Source of the DNA: Phoronis australis
Taxonomy: Eukaryota; Animalia; Phoronida
Reading direction: 5' to 3'
DNA: 64,000 nucleotides
Assembly: GCA_002633005.1 (NCBI GenBank)
Contig: NMRA01000392.1
Span: 190,279-254,278 of the forward strand
In this document: piece by piece, positions 48,955 to 62,381 of the stretch
Layout of the letters: every line of letters starts with the position of its first letter
Position numbering within the stretch: position 1 is the first letter of the stretch
The notes under the pieces: model-generated
Told to the model about the DNA's origin: nothing
The model's input: the letters and a program-made list of their open reading frames with translations, nothing else
The model's database searches: none
Position numbers and translations under genes: made by a program

Positions 48955-49208
48955 ATGCACGCACCGAGGGGGGGGGGCTCGGGGAGCTCGAATGAGCCCC
49001 CTCCATTTGGCGAAGTGAGCAAAAAGGTCCAACTCTGAGAGACAATAAGTCCGAGAAAATGAGGCATGAGTCCATTAAACATGCGCAAACCCGTAATTCA
49101 CAGTGGTGTTCCCGTTTTTTTTTTTTTATTAGTCCGCCCACTTTTTGGTTACCAAAAGGTCCACGAAGTCAGGAATTCGAACTCCCCATATTGGAGGCTG
49201 GGCATGTG
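48955..49208. mobile_element. Short MITE-like repeat inserted at the Penelope end (family also at 15190-15394)
   Basis: Begins catgcacgcaccgagggggg; internal similarity to 15190-15394. Confidence 0.6.
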
Positions 49209-49833
49209 TTGAACCGAAACATTGGATAGATAAACTTGTAATTACTGATATCTGTAGTAGTTTAGTTTGTCATAATATATATGACCTTTTATCTCAACTA
49301 CACGTGTTGTTTCACTGTAAACTAGCTTCGGTATCGCTTCGCAATTAGCGCATATAAATGTCGTTATTTACTTATGCGCTATTTTTAGAGTTCCTGCTTG
49401 AGAATAATATTGTAGTAAACGAACATCCATCTCAGAGAAGTGAGGAAAAAGGTGAAGGTAAACAAACAATATTTTAAGGACAGCAACTTAGCTAACATCA
49501 AAAATTATATGAACGTCAGTGGTCTAAATCATCAGTGCAATTACTAATCAATAAAGATTTGACCAAGACAAACAGCAATGGAAGTTTGAGAGTTACTGCA
49601 TAAAAACTATCAAGGCATTTTAGATTTTCACTGACTGTAGTTCAAGAATACTGAAGTTCAGTCAACATGCTGTGGCTAAGACTTTATTGACGTCTTTGAG
49701 AGTCAATCTGCATTCGTATTTGTTAATTAATCCGAAATTAATATATGGTAAATAATACTTACGGGAAAATGTCCCAACTGTTCTAGCAGGTTTCTGAAAA
49801 ATATGCAATACACCAATGTTTATAAGGTACACT

Positions 49834-52015
49834 AAATAAGAGCAACGCAGAACGTTGAAATGCACCCATGAATGCACCGCAAACGGTGTGCTTCTAGGGT
49901 TGTTTATTTGTTTCATAAAAATAACCACTAGATGGCAAAAAACGTCCAGTACATCTGAAAATGGGAACATGCCATCGCTTCCTTAATAGAAACCTATTCA
50001 CCGAGTTTCATAAAAATCTGTCAAGGTACTTCAGAGAAACAAAGGAAAACAGAAAAAATGAAATTGCCACTTGACTATGGGGCACAGCGTTCATTGGATC
50101 AGCGCCCAGTGCTACGCAAACGCACGATTCCCTAACTTTTAGATGGATGATCACAACTAGAGTGGAACGACGGCCTCCGAGCCGGCGGTTTGGCAATGTG
50201 AATTATAATACAAGTAACGAATTCTTGTCTCGGGTCATGGATTTACTTCAAAATATAATACTTGAATGTTTTGTCACTTTATTTTCTTCCCATGTTCGCA
50301 AAGTTTAAGAACCCCGCCGGCTTCAATGCCTGCTTTTAGCGACGCGGTCTGCCGCACCGAGTTTCTGTCTACAGTGCACTAGATAAAACATTTATTCAAA
50401 AAAAATCGAGAAATGTGACAATGGTGTGGCCAACCCTTCCAATTCGCTTTTGGTAAGAAGCTCTCGTATTTTGAAGAATTTCCACAACTCACGGAAAGAT
50501 GTCAAATTGTCCCTATTTTGGTGAGTGTATTTGCCAGGTTATCGAGGATGTATAGTGACCGAACGGACAATGTATCTTGCTGGCCGATTTCCTCTCGCTC
50601 GATTTCAGAATTTAAAGGTTGGCAATACGTTACTGGATGTTTGTGTATCATCTTGAAGAAATAAAAAACTGCAAGTCAAATTTTGTTTTTCGCTTATTGC
50701 ATCTCAGACAAGTTGGCGTTAGCAGATTCTGCCAAAGTTGCTGGCGGTTCTTTATAGTACGATTTCTTATGACAGGCGAAACTGAGAATTATTGTTTCCA
50801 CCTAGCCTTTTAGCTTCCCGAATACTTTTGTTTCTACATTAGGCAGTTTCAGCCTGAACAAAATTCTTATCATTCGAGTCTGAGATATCTACAACATAAC
50901 TGATTGAAAATTGGCGGCAGTGGTAATGACGTGCACACAGTTAGCTACGGGCATGGAACATCGGCTCCAGGGATCATCGAGCCGGGAAATATTGGAACAG
51001 ACTTGACATCGTAGTTTTGGGTCATTGGAACAGAGGAATATCGTAAAACACTGGGTTTTTTTTGTAACAACAGCTTGAAAATGCGACCTGGGATTTTGGC
51101 TAGGTTGAAAAATGTGACCTGGCGATTTTAATAGCCTCGAGATCTGTACATGCCAATTTTCAAAATCATCCTCAGAATGGTTTGGTTGATCGAGGGGTGG
51201 ATGCCAAAAAACAACACTCGAATACAGGAAAAATGGCCACTGGGTACCTCGATTCCATCCGAAAGCGGGAGGATAGCATCATCTCACCAATAAATGCCTG
51301 TATTCCAAACTTTCTGATAATCCGTTGAGAACCTTTGAAGCTACAGAGGTAAGCCAAAAAAAATGAAAATTGACACTGGTAGCCAGATCCACCCGAATGT
51401 TGTTGTCATCTGTTGTCAACGTTATATAAATACACTTGCTTAAATTAGCAAAGATACTGCAAATGGTTTAGGAGATACAGCCATAGGCGCAAAAAGAAAC
51501 AAAACTGCCAGAAAGCGCCACAGTAGTCGATATCATCGGAAAATAATTGTCACCCGTCCTCTTCATAGTAAAAACATACATGCCAATTTCCACAATCCTC
51601 CTGAGAGCGGTTTGGCTGATAGAGGGGTGGAGGCTAAAAAACAGACTCGGAAAAAATATGGCCACTAGGTGGCACAAACTACATCGAAGCAATCCGAAAA
51701 CAGGACGATAGTGTCATCTCACTAATAGATGCCTATGTGCCAAAGTTTATGAAACTACGTGAGGACCTTTGAAGATATAGAGGTAAGCGTAAAAAACTAA
51801 AATTGCCACTAGTGGGCACACCGGTAGTCGGATCCGTCCAAACGTTCACTCATGCCGTCCCATCCATGATAGGAACATATGAGCAAAATTTCATGAACGT
51901 ACATGGTTTTGGAGATAGAGCAGCAGACGCAGGACGCCAGACAGACGGATGCTGGAGCGATGCCAGACGGACGGACGGAGATGACGGCACATATAAATAT
52001 GTGGGCGCATAATAA
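49834..52015 (+). mobile_element. Helentron-type non-autonomous element (same family as 30747), interrupted at ~50075-51145
   Basis: 5' aataagagcaacgc..atgcaccca; ~150-bp repeats; (GACG)n-like tract; 3' hairpin cacata-taaa-tatgtg and sub-TIR gtgggcgcat at 52001-52010. Confidence 0.72.
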
Positions 52016-53286
52016 AAATGAAAATAAAAATCTAAACAAGACATGCTAAATGCTAAGTTGACCAAGGTGAAAATAGTCCAGCACAATATTTTGAGAATAC
52101 GGTACCCTGTATTTGATTAGAGTAAGAGGTTACATGGCCATAGATCATAGTCACTCCCTACAGCCAGGAAGTAGTTTTAAACAGGAGTTCTCCACAGGCT
52201 TTATGGAAGTCCCATGCAGTGCTAATTAAGTTAAGCCAAAATAGCAACCTTCAAATCGAATTAAATCACCCTGTTGATGCTACCATGGAGCTTCATTGGA
52301 CTATGGTTTTATTGTGCGTAGTTACAAATGCTAAGGCCTCATATTGAGAAACCCAAACAAAGGATTCCACCCCAAAACAAGAACCAAAACAATGCCTATG
52401 AAAGATGATAAAGCCTGGGATTGCAACACTGTGCAGCAATCTCTTTTCAATTTTAGTCTGCCCTTTGTGGAAAAGTATGGAAGATTTAGGGGGGCTAACC
52501 TGTCAACCAACCATACTGAGATGATCAACTCCCAACTCTGATCATAATGAAATAAACCACCAAGTGCTGGCCAATTTCTGTTTTTACTCAATACACATTC
52601 CTTCTTTACCAGTTTACACATTTCACAACAGTGTTGTGTGAAGAGAGCACACACTTCTAATCACATCAATCAAACTAAATCAAAGAATACCCAGGTATTA
52701 AAGGAGAATGCCACCCGATTTAATTAGTCTTTTTTTACCGTCTTAATCGGTCTATATCCACATCGCCTCTTATACGGTTGACCTCACCTTGCTGAGAGGT
52801 GTCGCGTTAACCTGTGAGGAAGGTGAGAAACGACGCAGTGATGTCAGTGGTTTGTCTGCAGAGTGAATGCCGCTATATTGCGATGCATTGTTTCTGCTTG
52901 TCCGAACTGTGAAGCTGCGAAGAAAGCGGGTATATCATTTTTTCGACTTCCTCAAGAGCCCGAAATGCTTAGGAAGTGCCTCGCGGTAGTGAAGAATGAA
53001 AGGTACGTGTTAATAGCAAGTATGAGGCCGTGAAACATCTCCGTGTCTGTGGCCCGCATTTCGTTGACATTGATTTCACCGACGAATTCCGGCTTACCAA
53101 AGAACTATCCATAAGTTCAGTTGCCTGTGCATGTTCGCGGCGCCTCTCTGGTAGTTCTTGATTAGTGTATTCCGGTTCGAACTGATAGCCTGTGAAACCT
53201 AATGATCCGACCCATGAAAACTTCGTCAGATGAGCTCTTCACTAAGTTGGGATTGGCGCCGGGCGAGTTGCCATATAGATGTTTAT

Positions 53287-53493
53287 CAGAGGCTACAAGG
53301 GGGGTTCAGGGGGCTCAAACCCCCCTAGGGAAAGGATCAAAAACAAAAATTGAAAAAAATTCACCACATAAATGAAATCAGAAACTAAAAACCACAAACA
53401 ATCTTACACGACGTTCGTTCCGCTGGGCGCTATACGCCTCGGATTCACTCGAATCCTACCCCCCCCTTACTGAAAACATAGATCTCTATTCTG
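53287..53493. mobile_element. Mini-derivative of the 9554-12312 hAT element, in opposite orientation
   Basis: Its ends are reverse complements of 12260-12312 and 9554-9620. Confidence 0.7.
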
Positions 53494-54046
53494 CGTTCTG
53501 TTTCAAAATTAATTATTCTCATCCTAAAATGATCCTAACCAATGCTTATATAAAACTGAAACAAAGTCTGTTTCATTAGATACAATTTGTAATGCCTTGG
53601 AGTGCTGATAAGTGCAAATGTTTAGAGAAGCCAGCAATGAATAAACCACTGCGTTACCGCCCGGCTTTTGATGCCGGCAACAAAGGTAATTGACCAGACA
53701 CCGAGGCTGTGTGAGCACATGCTAATTCAGTGTTTGTTGACAGAAAGCTGTTGTGAAACAATTACTCGATTTTATATGCTATGGTCACATGTTAGGGGAA
53801 TCTTTATTTACGGAAATACAAATACAATATTCAAATCATTGTTACTGTACAACCTTTGCCCTGACGGCCGTGTAAGGGGAACCCGACTTCGTGGCCCCCG
53901 ACAAGTAAGTAGATTTTCAGTTTCATGGCTAATTCACAAAAATAATTACATGCACATTATTTCTTTGCCTCGCTATTATAGCCTTTTCGTGTCTGGAGGT
54001 TTAGTTTCCAACTCAAGCTGGTTTATGTTCGTGCCAGTCCCAGCGG

Positions 54047-54317
54047 ACGCGACGGGCCTGCTCAGGTTCCGAGCCACTGGCCGGGCCGCATAACGAGTCA
54101 GTCCGCCGTGACGGGCTCGATTGGGTTCCGAGCCACTGGCTGGGATAACAGCCAGTCTGGCCGCGACGGGCCTTATCGGGTTCCGAGCCACTGGCAGGGA
54201 TAATGAGTTAGTCCGGCCGTGACACGCCTGATCGGGTTCCGAGCCACTGGCCGGGATAACGAGTTAGTTCGGCCACGACGGGCCTGATGGGGTTCCGAGC
54301 CACTGGCCGAGATAACA
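54047..54317. repeat. GC-rich ~56-bp tandem repeat x5 inside the Kolobok element
   Basis: ggttccgagccactgg at 54065, 54124, 54179, 54235 and 54291. Confidence 0.92.
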
Positions 54318-56659
54318 AGGCTAGCGTTTTGTGTGTTTAGAACTCAAAAAATCACAAGTATAAACAACACAGATCTAGGTTCTCCTGTCTTTTTTACAGA
54401 AGAATACTTCGAATTTATCTCCGAACAGACCCTAAACTCCTGCTACGGACCTTAATAAATTGGCCAGCCGAACTTTGTAGGCTACAGTGTGTCCAAATAC
54501 CAATAAATCCGTAACAGCGAAATAAAACAACACGTTTTTATAAGAACTCGGTGTATTGTTAAGGGTTTTACAACGAAGTTTGATGATTTATTGGTGTTAA
54601 GCGATGAATTCAAGCGATAAGCTGACACCACTAACACATGTTGTGAACTGCTGAACAGACTGCGAGTGAAACCAATTACGTCATTGGATAATTTCAACAC
54701 CTGCGTCTCCCGTCAGGTGTCAGGTAACGCAACCGAACCTGCCGTTATTGAGAACTACTCGATCTAAATTGATACAAAATAGGTTATTTTTTGGGTGGCA
54801 TTCTCCTTTAACCGCACCCGTCCTCAGCCACAGTGTGAAGCCAACAACCTCAAATGATTTAAGTTAAGTGTGTGATGCATACATGTAGGTGACAATTGAT
54901 GTATCGTCTGCACTGCAGGGAATCTCTTGGCATGCGAAAAAAATGTAGTTTCTCGGTACAGGTTAGGATTTCTCACTTGTCTAGACTAGCTATATAGACA
55001 TCAGCCAAATAAACACACGTTTTGATCAGCTTTTGACAGAACGTTTGTCTGCTATGTCAAACTGAAACATGACTTCCGAGTACTGAAAAGCACGAACTAG
55101 AAACTTAAAAAAACCAGGTGAGCCCGAGGTATATCCATGCTAATATTTGAGTGATGGCATCCTTGTAACTATGAAGCCTGATAATGTGATCTGTTAATAG
55201 ATGACCTAGCCAAATAGAGACCCTGGTGATAACGGTAAACTGACAAAATTCCCAGAATTGACTTCTTTTCCAGAATTAAGATTTTGAAGGGGAACTTCCA
55301 CATTTCAGAAGCAGATACTATAATCAAGGCTTATGCTGCAGGCCTGTCAATGCAACCTGAGATTTTGTTTGGCAACCTAGTGAAAATCCCAAGTTACCAA
55401 GAAGTTGCCACGCCACTACCAAGAACACATTCAAACTAATACAGAAAGTAAACAGACAGAAGTCAGAGTCGTTCGGCAAAACTCCGAAGTGCCCAATCAG
55501 GTTCGACTACCCCAGGACAGAAGGTAGGCCTATGCACTGGACATTGGGCCAAAAAGGGGAACTAGCATGTGAGAGGCTCTTTTTAGCTCCAGTATTTCAT
55601 TCATTTCAATTTCAGCTCTTGCCAAAAAGGTTGGGTGTCTGTGCCTGGTTGCACAAAATAATCTCAAATAGGGACTCAACTAAATTGGATAAATTTACTG
55701 CATACTTGTGGAAATACTGATTGTCCTTTCCAAATTTTGGCTTTGATATATCTTGGGTGAACTCTTCATTAAATTCTCAATATTATAATTGAAAACAAGA
55801 AAGATCTTTTCATGCAACACCCATAATTTAAGAACTAAGTTCCTATTTATTTTCATTGAACTAAGGGCTCAGTTTTTGAGAAAATGTCATTAGTCAAAGA
55901 GGAGCTCATGATGAAGATACAATGACAGAAAAAGATTAGATCTTTGAGTATAGAAAGACACAAATATGCAAAATTTTCAGGGATGTTAGTCGAGTCCTTA
56001 TGCAACCGGGTACTGAGCTCCCATTTGGGAGGAAATTTTGTCAGGTCACATTTGAAGAATTGACATTATGCTATGCAAAACAATGAACATATCGTGCAGC
56101 ACATTATCGGGCATGAATTTGATGGTTTAGTTAGTGTGAGACCTGTGAGGCATAATTTGCCGAAAAACTTCCTGCGTACAAGCTATATAAGGGTTAGGTA
56201 ATTGCATTTTAATTGCCTAAAATTACACTGGCGATAATACACCCCCACAAAAAGTTACTCACCCCAAAATACAGTGAATAATATCGACCACAACATTCAT
56301 ATATACACCATAAGTTATAATTAACACATACCATGACTCGGGGTACAATTTAGTTGAACATACCTTGAACATATTGATGACTAAAAATGTGACGCGGTTC
56401 ACACGAGCTTCCCCCACCCACCATTTTGAGGAAGTTACGCAAAATCACACGTGTTGATGAACAAAAAGTCCATAAGACAAAAATCTTAAAAATTCCAACA
56501 GATGTCATTCAATGTTATTTTTTGGGCAAATGTTACTCGCCAAGTCACGAGCTGTACTCAGTCTCACTAATAGCCGAGAATATCCAACCTGGGAATTGAA
56601 CCAGCGACCCCGATAAGACCGTCAAGCGTCCTTACCATTCAGTTGCAAATTACTGAGTG

Positions 56660-56895
56660 GTTAAAAGAGGCTTATGATTCACCGGAAACACAATCTACAA
56701 CATTCCCTCCTTTCCTACGGAACAGGCGCGACACCAGGAAGCTGAACACCAGGTTGTCTCACATACAGGTCTTCAACTTCCCTTGGTACCTTTACCACCG
56801 CAACACAAGTGAACACAAGATCGTCTCTTATACAGGCCCTCGACTCCTGGAACTTTTACCAAGCGCACCGTTCGAGATCCGCAAGACTAGGCAAT
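56660..56895 (+). mobile_element. L2/CR1-type LINE ORF2 C-terminal fragment
   Basis: SYTGPRL.ELLP..IR resembles the FSYxGPRLWNxLP motif. Confidence 0.45.
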
Positions 56896-56899
56896 GCTT

Positions 56900-57780
56900 C
56901 ATTACTTGGCGGAATTCTTCCGCGAAGTACGTTGGTCTGACAGAAATTTTTTTTTTTGTTTGTTCGCACTCTACAGGTCGCAATTTTCGTCCGATTTTCA
57001 CGAAATTTGCACACGACGTGTAGATCGGAAAGTCCTAGAAGCCTATTGTTTTCGGTCATGATCGGATACAAAATGGCGGACGTGGCGGCCATTTGGTATC
57101 CGATTTCACAGTCAAATACTCGTAGAGGCCGCATTTTTCGACGTACTTGGCTGAAAATCGGTACGATTATACTAAAACGCATATGCTACAACTGTGGAGA
57201 AAATCGTTGACTTCCAGTCAAAGATGGCGGAAATATTGGACGTGGCGCATGCGCACCCCGAAATATGGCCAAAAACGTTTTCTCCTGTAGAGGGCGCATT
57301 TGCGAACCAATTGCTTTCAAACTGGTCACGTGTTTGTTGAGTTTAATAAGCTTTTATAAAAAATATTGAACCGGAAGTCACTTTCAAGATGGCGGCTGTG
57401 GCGCATGTTCACACGGTTTCAATCGTACTGGTGTCGCATTTTTAACGGGAAGAGCAAATGACGTGAATTTTTGCATGTGGATTCCTTGAAGTATGGCCTT
57501 TCAAAAAGTCTGCGAGAGCATATTTCTCAGACTTACTGTTTTCGAGTTATTTGACTTTGAATTTAAAAAAAAACGGCAAATTTTCAATGTTCTCGAAATT
57601 TTTTTTGATTTTTGCCAAACTACCACTTTAGATAGATTTTTGAACGGGCTTTCAGAAGATATTTTCCATTTTTCGCTACGATGTCTACTTTTTGAATTAT
57701 TCGAGATTTTCGGATACCGTTGTTCCTTTGGTCACCTATGCAAGAACCCAGCTGGCTGGCTTTCAGTTCACTTTGTTTTG
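56900..57780. mobile_element. Helentron/HINE-like non-autonomous element, second family
   Basis: Terminal hairpin tacttggcggaa-ttc-ttccgcgaagta, T/TGTT tract and degenerate ~150-bp units with aagatggcgg. Confidence 0.55.
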
Positions 57781-58250
57781 GTTATGCCTAGTTGACCCAG
57801 ACTGACCCAGCCAGCACTGTCCTACTGTAAAGCATGGCTCGTCCGTCATGTTGCGCCATCTATTGTTCTTTATTGTAGTTGATTGCATGCTCTCTATTTG
57901 ATTTCTTCGCTAGTCACGTGAATGTTATCTTGTTTGCCAAACTAACATTTTAGATAGAGTTTTGAACGGGCTTTCAGAAGATATTTTCCATTTTGCGCTA
58001 CGACGTCTACTTTTTGAATTATTCGAGATTTTCGGATACCGTTGTTCCTTCTGTCACCTATGCAAGCACGCAGCTGGCTGGCTTTCAGTTCACTTTGTTT
58101 TGATTATGCCTAGTTGACCCAGACTGACCAAGCCAGCACTGTTCTACTGTAGACTGGACCGTCATGTTGCGCCATCTATTGCTCTTTATTGCAGTTGATT
58201 GTATGCTCTCTATTTGATTTCTTCGCTAGTCACATGAATGTTATCGTGTT
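57611..58250. repeat. Tandem duplication, two ~320-bp copies (57611-57932 and 57933-58250)
   Basis: Seen directly. Confidence 0.93.
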
Positions 58251-59074
58251 ATTCATAACTGCCGTCTTGATCGTCATGATTGTCGTCGTCTCCCTCATCG
58301 TCGTCTTTTCGATTAATTCCGCCAAGTGTCGCTCCTCTGAGCGCTCTCGTTGTTAGATTATCCGCGTCCCAGCTATGCCAAATGTAGGAATTGTCGAGAT
58401 TACCCGACATGTGAATCAAACCAATGATCACGATAAAATTGACAGGTATACTATGCTAACCATTCAGCTTGTTAGCAATTGCCGTCAGCGAGTGGCTAAC
58501 AGGAGCTCGTTTGATTCACTGGAAGCACGTCTTCAACATTGCCTAACTCACGCAACGTCAGGTTGAAATACTTTATGCCTATTGCATGCTGTGAAAAAGC
58601 TGGTAATACTCAAATTTATGGGTCCCTGATTGAAAATTAATTCGAGAACCAGGCCACACCAAAGCGGGACACGTTCCTCGCAAGATCAGCAACCTTTTGC
58701 TTCCTTTCTGATGCACGGCGGAAGTTTGAAGTGTCTAGTCATGGCTAAATACTTACATAGCTGCAAGGCTCATGGTCTAGAAATTCCGTGCACAATTATG
58801 TTTTCAGGCTGTCGGATCTTATTGATAAATTGAAGACGTTACTGTTACAGAAAAATTTCAGAACTGTATGTAAGGCATTTTTCGCTTGTACAGGTTCATG
58901 GGCTGGGCGCTTATTTTAGCGAAGTCTGAAAACGCATGGGGGGGCACTTATTAGGGCGAATACGGTAAGTGTTTACCACATGATGACATTGACCTACACA
59001 CCACTTTGTTATCGTTCGATTCTGCCTATGGTTCTCATACCAAAAATATATGAAAGTGTCCCCTACTGGCAGGT

Positions 59075-60105
59075 GGTATGACATCATATCCCCCGGCGCG
59101 TGCAGTGAAAAAATGGCCAGTTATCGATTTTGGGAACTGAACAAGGGACTGCCCAAAGAAAAAGTTTGTTAATGGGAGCATTTGTTCTCGTTAGAAGAAA
59201 TTAAAGACATTGACTGCCTCCTATGTCCCTCAATGTGCATAAGATATTTATAACAACGTGACTTTGATGTTTTAGTCGGTGTGAGGCATAATTCGCCGAA
59301 AAGCTTCAGGCGTAGGAAGCGTCTATAGGAGATAGACCGTCTCTACTGTGCCAGGAAGAGCTGAAGGTCACTGTCTAAACTCTACCCAGGCAACACGTTG
59401 CCCTTCGGTTGGCCAGTTAGGGCTACAATACTTACCATCACTTTCTGCACTAATTTCGTCCTGTGTACTTTAAACGGGAGGTAGGCGAAATCCAGTCACC
59501 GATTATGAGTTTTCACCTCATCATACATTCTACACTTAAAACTATCACTTAAAAAGGCGCTTACTTTCTTCAGTGAACCTTTCTGCTTCTACACATATCC
59601 TCGATGAAGCAAAGCTATGAGAGTTAAGGTGACTTTGGCAAAGAATTCCAACTCCACTTTTTTGATCACCGTTAACTTTTTCACTGTGCGCGCGATAACC
59701 ACAAAATATTTCAACTGAGGCACACATGACACTTGCAAAATATTGTAGTGAGATGTTACTTGACTTGTCTTACTGTAGGCAATGACCATCGCCTCTGCTG
59801 GCCCGACCAGAGGCGATGCAGCTCCTATAGGCGCTCCATACGCCGGAAGCTTTTCGGCGAATTATGCCTCGCACCGACTAAAACATCAAAGTCGCGTTGT
59901 TATAACTACCTTTTGCACATAGAGGAACACCTTAGGAGGTTGTCGATGTGTTTAATTCCTTCCAACTCGAACAAATACTCCCGTTATCAAACTTTTTCAT
60001 CGAGCAGTCCCTGTTTCAGTTCCCAAAATCGTGAACTCACCATTTTTATACCGCGCACTCTCCAATTTTTACCGCGCTCGCTAGGTGATGTGACTTCATA
60101 ACCTC
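59075..60105. mobile_element. Foldback element with ~310-bp inverted arms enclosing a fragment of the unclassified family
   Basis: 59075-59390 is the reverse complement of 59775-60105 (e.g. gactttgatgttttagtcggtg / caccgactaaaacatcaaagtc). Confidence 0.75.
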
Positions 60106-61061
60106 AATTTTTAAGTAGGCCAAAAGGTGAGCCATTGCGGTCTTGTCAGTCAAATGTTCATTTCCAAAATGCCACCACTACTTGTCTTTAATTGGCGTTA
60201 CTTGAAAGTGATTGTATTTCAATGAATTATTGTTTGTATTTGATAAAAATAAATGCTGTTGATATGACATTTAATAGTCTTTGTGCACATATCTGACATT
60301 TTAATGTTTAACAACACGGCAAATGCACGGCTGGTTTCCGGCAGCACGTACGCAGAGGGCGCGGACTTCACCTTTCAAAGTTCGCCGGTGGGACCACAAC
60401 TTCTGACCTTCGGCCTGGTTAAAAGAATGAGGTCAAATCTCTTGGCGTGGGCTGAGTGAAAATGGTGAGTCATTGCCTAGTCTTACTGCAGCACTGGCTT
60501 TTAGCCACGCGCGCCCTTTGTCGGCAACTGTTGTTCGTCTTGGAGACTGCGACGTTGGGTGTCCCGGCCCATATGCCAGTGATGGCCAATGAGGGCGCAA
60601 CATGAATATTCAGAGGCCCTTCTGCAATCGATACAAGGGTTGGTGCGAGGACCAGAGCAGGATCTTCTGACTACTGACTAACTGAACCGAACGGACACAC
60701 TTATTGCTCTAGGAGCACCTTTAGTTATTATTACAAGGTAAGACCTAATTGTTACTACAATAGCATAGGAATGTATCAGGTGAAATTCGTAAGATTTGTG
60801 TCCCTTGGATATTTTAGTCGACAATATGCGTGATTTCACGTAACTTTCTCAATATGGCACCTGGTACGAGAAACTCAGCAAACCACGACACATTTTCAAC
60901 GATTATTCCAAATCATCTTGACTGAATCGTCTCCAGACTTATGGTATGTGTTAATTATAACTCCATGTGCATATATTTTATTTCCTGTAGTTTTAAATTC
61001 GTACATGTTTGTGGGAATCTACTATCGCCTGCGGCATCCAGGCCGATGTAATTGCCTTGTA

Positions 61062-62381
61062 CAGTCAAGTGACCTAATTATCGGACGTTTTGGCACATTT
61101 TGCAAAATATTTAATTGAAAATACTACTGATTGTTGTAAATTCTTTGCTGAAATAAAGATTTACCTTCACGGAATTGTTCTGTTACTATATCTTGTCACT
61201 GAAAGCCACATTTATGTTCCGACTGATCTTCAAAAAACACAACAACCAAACCTTCGGAGAACCTAAATATCGGACACCGTGTTTCTCCATACGCCACACC
61301 GTGGAAAACTGACTAACCATGTAATGGCCGCGGGCACCTTGTCGCCAAATTTCAGCTCGAGTGTTTTGACATATATGCTGCTAGAACTCGGGTCCATTCG
61401 CAATAAAATTATCCATAAAATGAAATCTGATGACGGCGCCAAGTCAGTTCGATGAATTAGTGCAGACGACTAAAGCACGTGCAAACTCAGGGCAGTTTTA
61501 GTATCACTTTGGCTTCTTGACATGACACTCGCACGTGCGCTGTCGGGGATTGACTTGAGTTTAAAAACAAATGAAAAAATGGAACAGTAACATATTGTTA
61601 GTTCAATGAGAAAGTTTCATTGTGGAAAAAGATTTTATTTTCAACTTTTACAACCGATTTATGCGATCGTCCATTTTAGGCCGAATTGGGGGCAGGCCTT
61701 TATCCAGGATTTCGAACATAGGGTGTCCAAAATGGGGTTCCCCATATTCCAGGGCGTCCATGATTCCGACGCGTAACCCCCAACCCCCAGCAATCCCCCC
61801 CAAACACGCAGATTTTTTTTACAAAAAATGCATAAACCAAGGTTTCTACATCTAAGTTTACAAAACAGCCTTCTGTAGTGAGCATTTTTATTAAAAAACT
61901 GTGGAGACCAAGACTTTTACAATGTTATCAACCAAGTTTGAGCATAGCAACATTGTATATACTTTGTATATACATTGTATATTTCTTCCTGCTTTGAAAA
62001 AAGAGCCGCCACTGTGAGTCTTCATTAGGCTTCCTAGTGATCATTACAATGTGTGTATCCAAACTTGAAAGGTTCCTATTGATAGTGGCGTCCAAATGAT
62101 ACATTGGGCGTCCTTTCTAGGGCGTCCACATTAGTGCTAGGGCGTCCATTTGGACGCCCAGGACGTACCCTGCATGAAGGCCTGATTGGGGGTCTAAATT
62201 GCACCCTCTCTCGGTGAAATCAAAACGAGGCAACGCTGTAAAAAACGAGACGGTGCCGGACATTGAATGCATTACAACGGAACAACAATTGGTGTCATTT
62301 AATTCTCAGATTATGCTTCAAGTAAGATTTTTTGAAATGTCCGATATTTAGGTTCCGTCCGATAATTAGGTACACTATGTG
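61062..62381. mobile_element. Tc1/mariner-type non-autonomous element (TA-flanked)
   Basis: ta|cagtcaagtgacctaattatcggacg ... cgtccgataattaggtacactatgtg|ta; internal cctaaatatcggaca inverted pair. Confidence 0.65.
61693..62184. mobile_element. hAT MITE with 8-bp TSD, nested in the Tc1-like element
   Basis: TIR caggcctttatccagg / cctgcatgaaggcctg; ATTGGGGG at 61685-61692 and 62185-62192; subterminal gggcgtcc repeats. Confidence 0.85.

Larger units (their letters stand above)
52702..54807 (+). mobile_element. Third Kolobok-type element with short TIRs and a degenerate THAP remnant
   Basis: 15-bp TIR aggagaatgccaccc / gggtggcattctcct; TTAA at 52698-52701 and 54808-54811; RCIVSACPN..FFRLP..LRVCGPHF at 52880-53080. 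Confidence 0.8.

Noticed and set aside
54047-54317. CRISPR-like repeat with a conserved 16-bp core
   Set aside because: The sequences between cores are homologous to one another, so this is a tandem repeat in a eukaryotic transposon.
56364-56380. 17-bp DLST micro-exon candidate (tttttag|...|gtatgt)
   Set aside because: It lies within a copy of the unclassified repeat family, and its phase does not connect to an identified upstream exon.
58900-58967. Complete Tc1/pogo-type MITE ending in ggcgaatacggta (same end at 21762-21788)
   Set aside because: Only one end is visible at each site, so element boundaries cannot be given.
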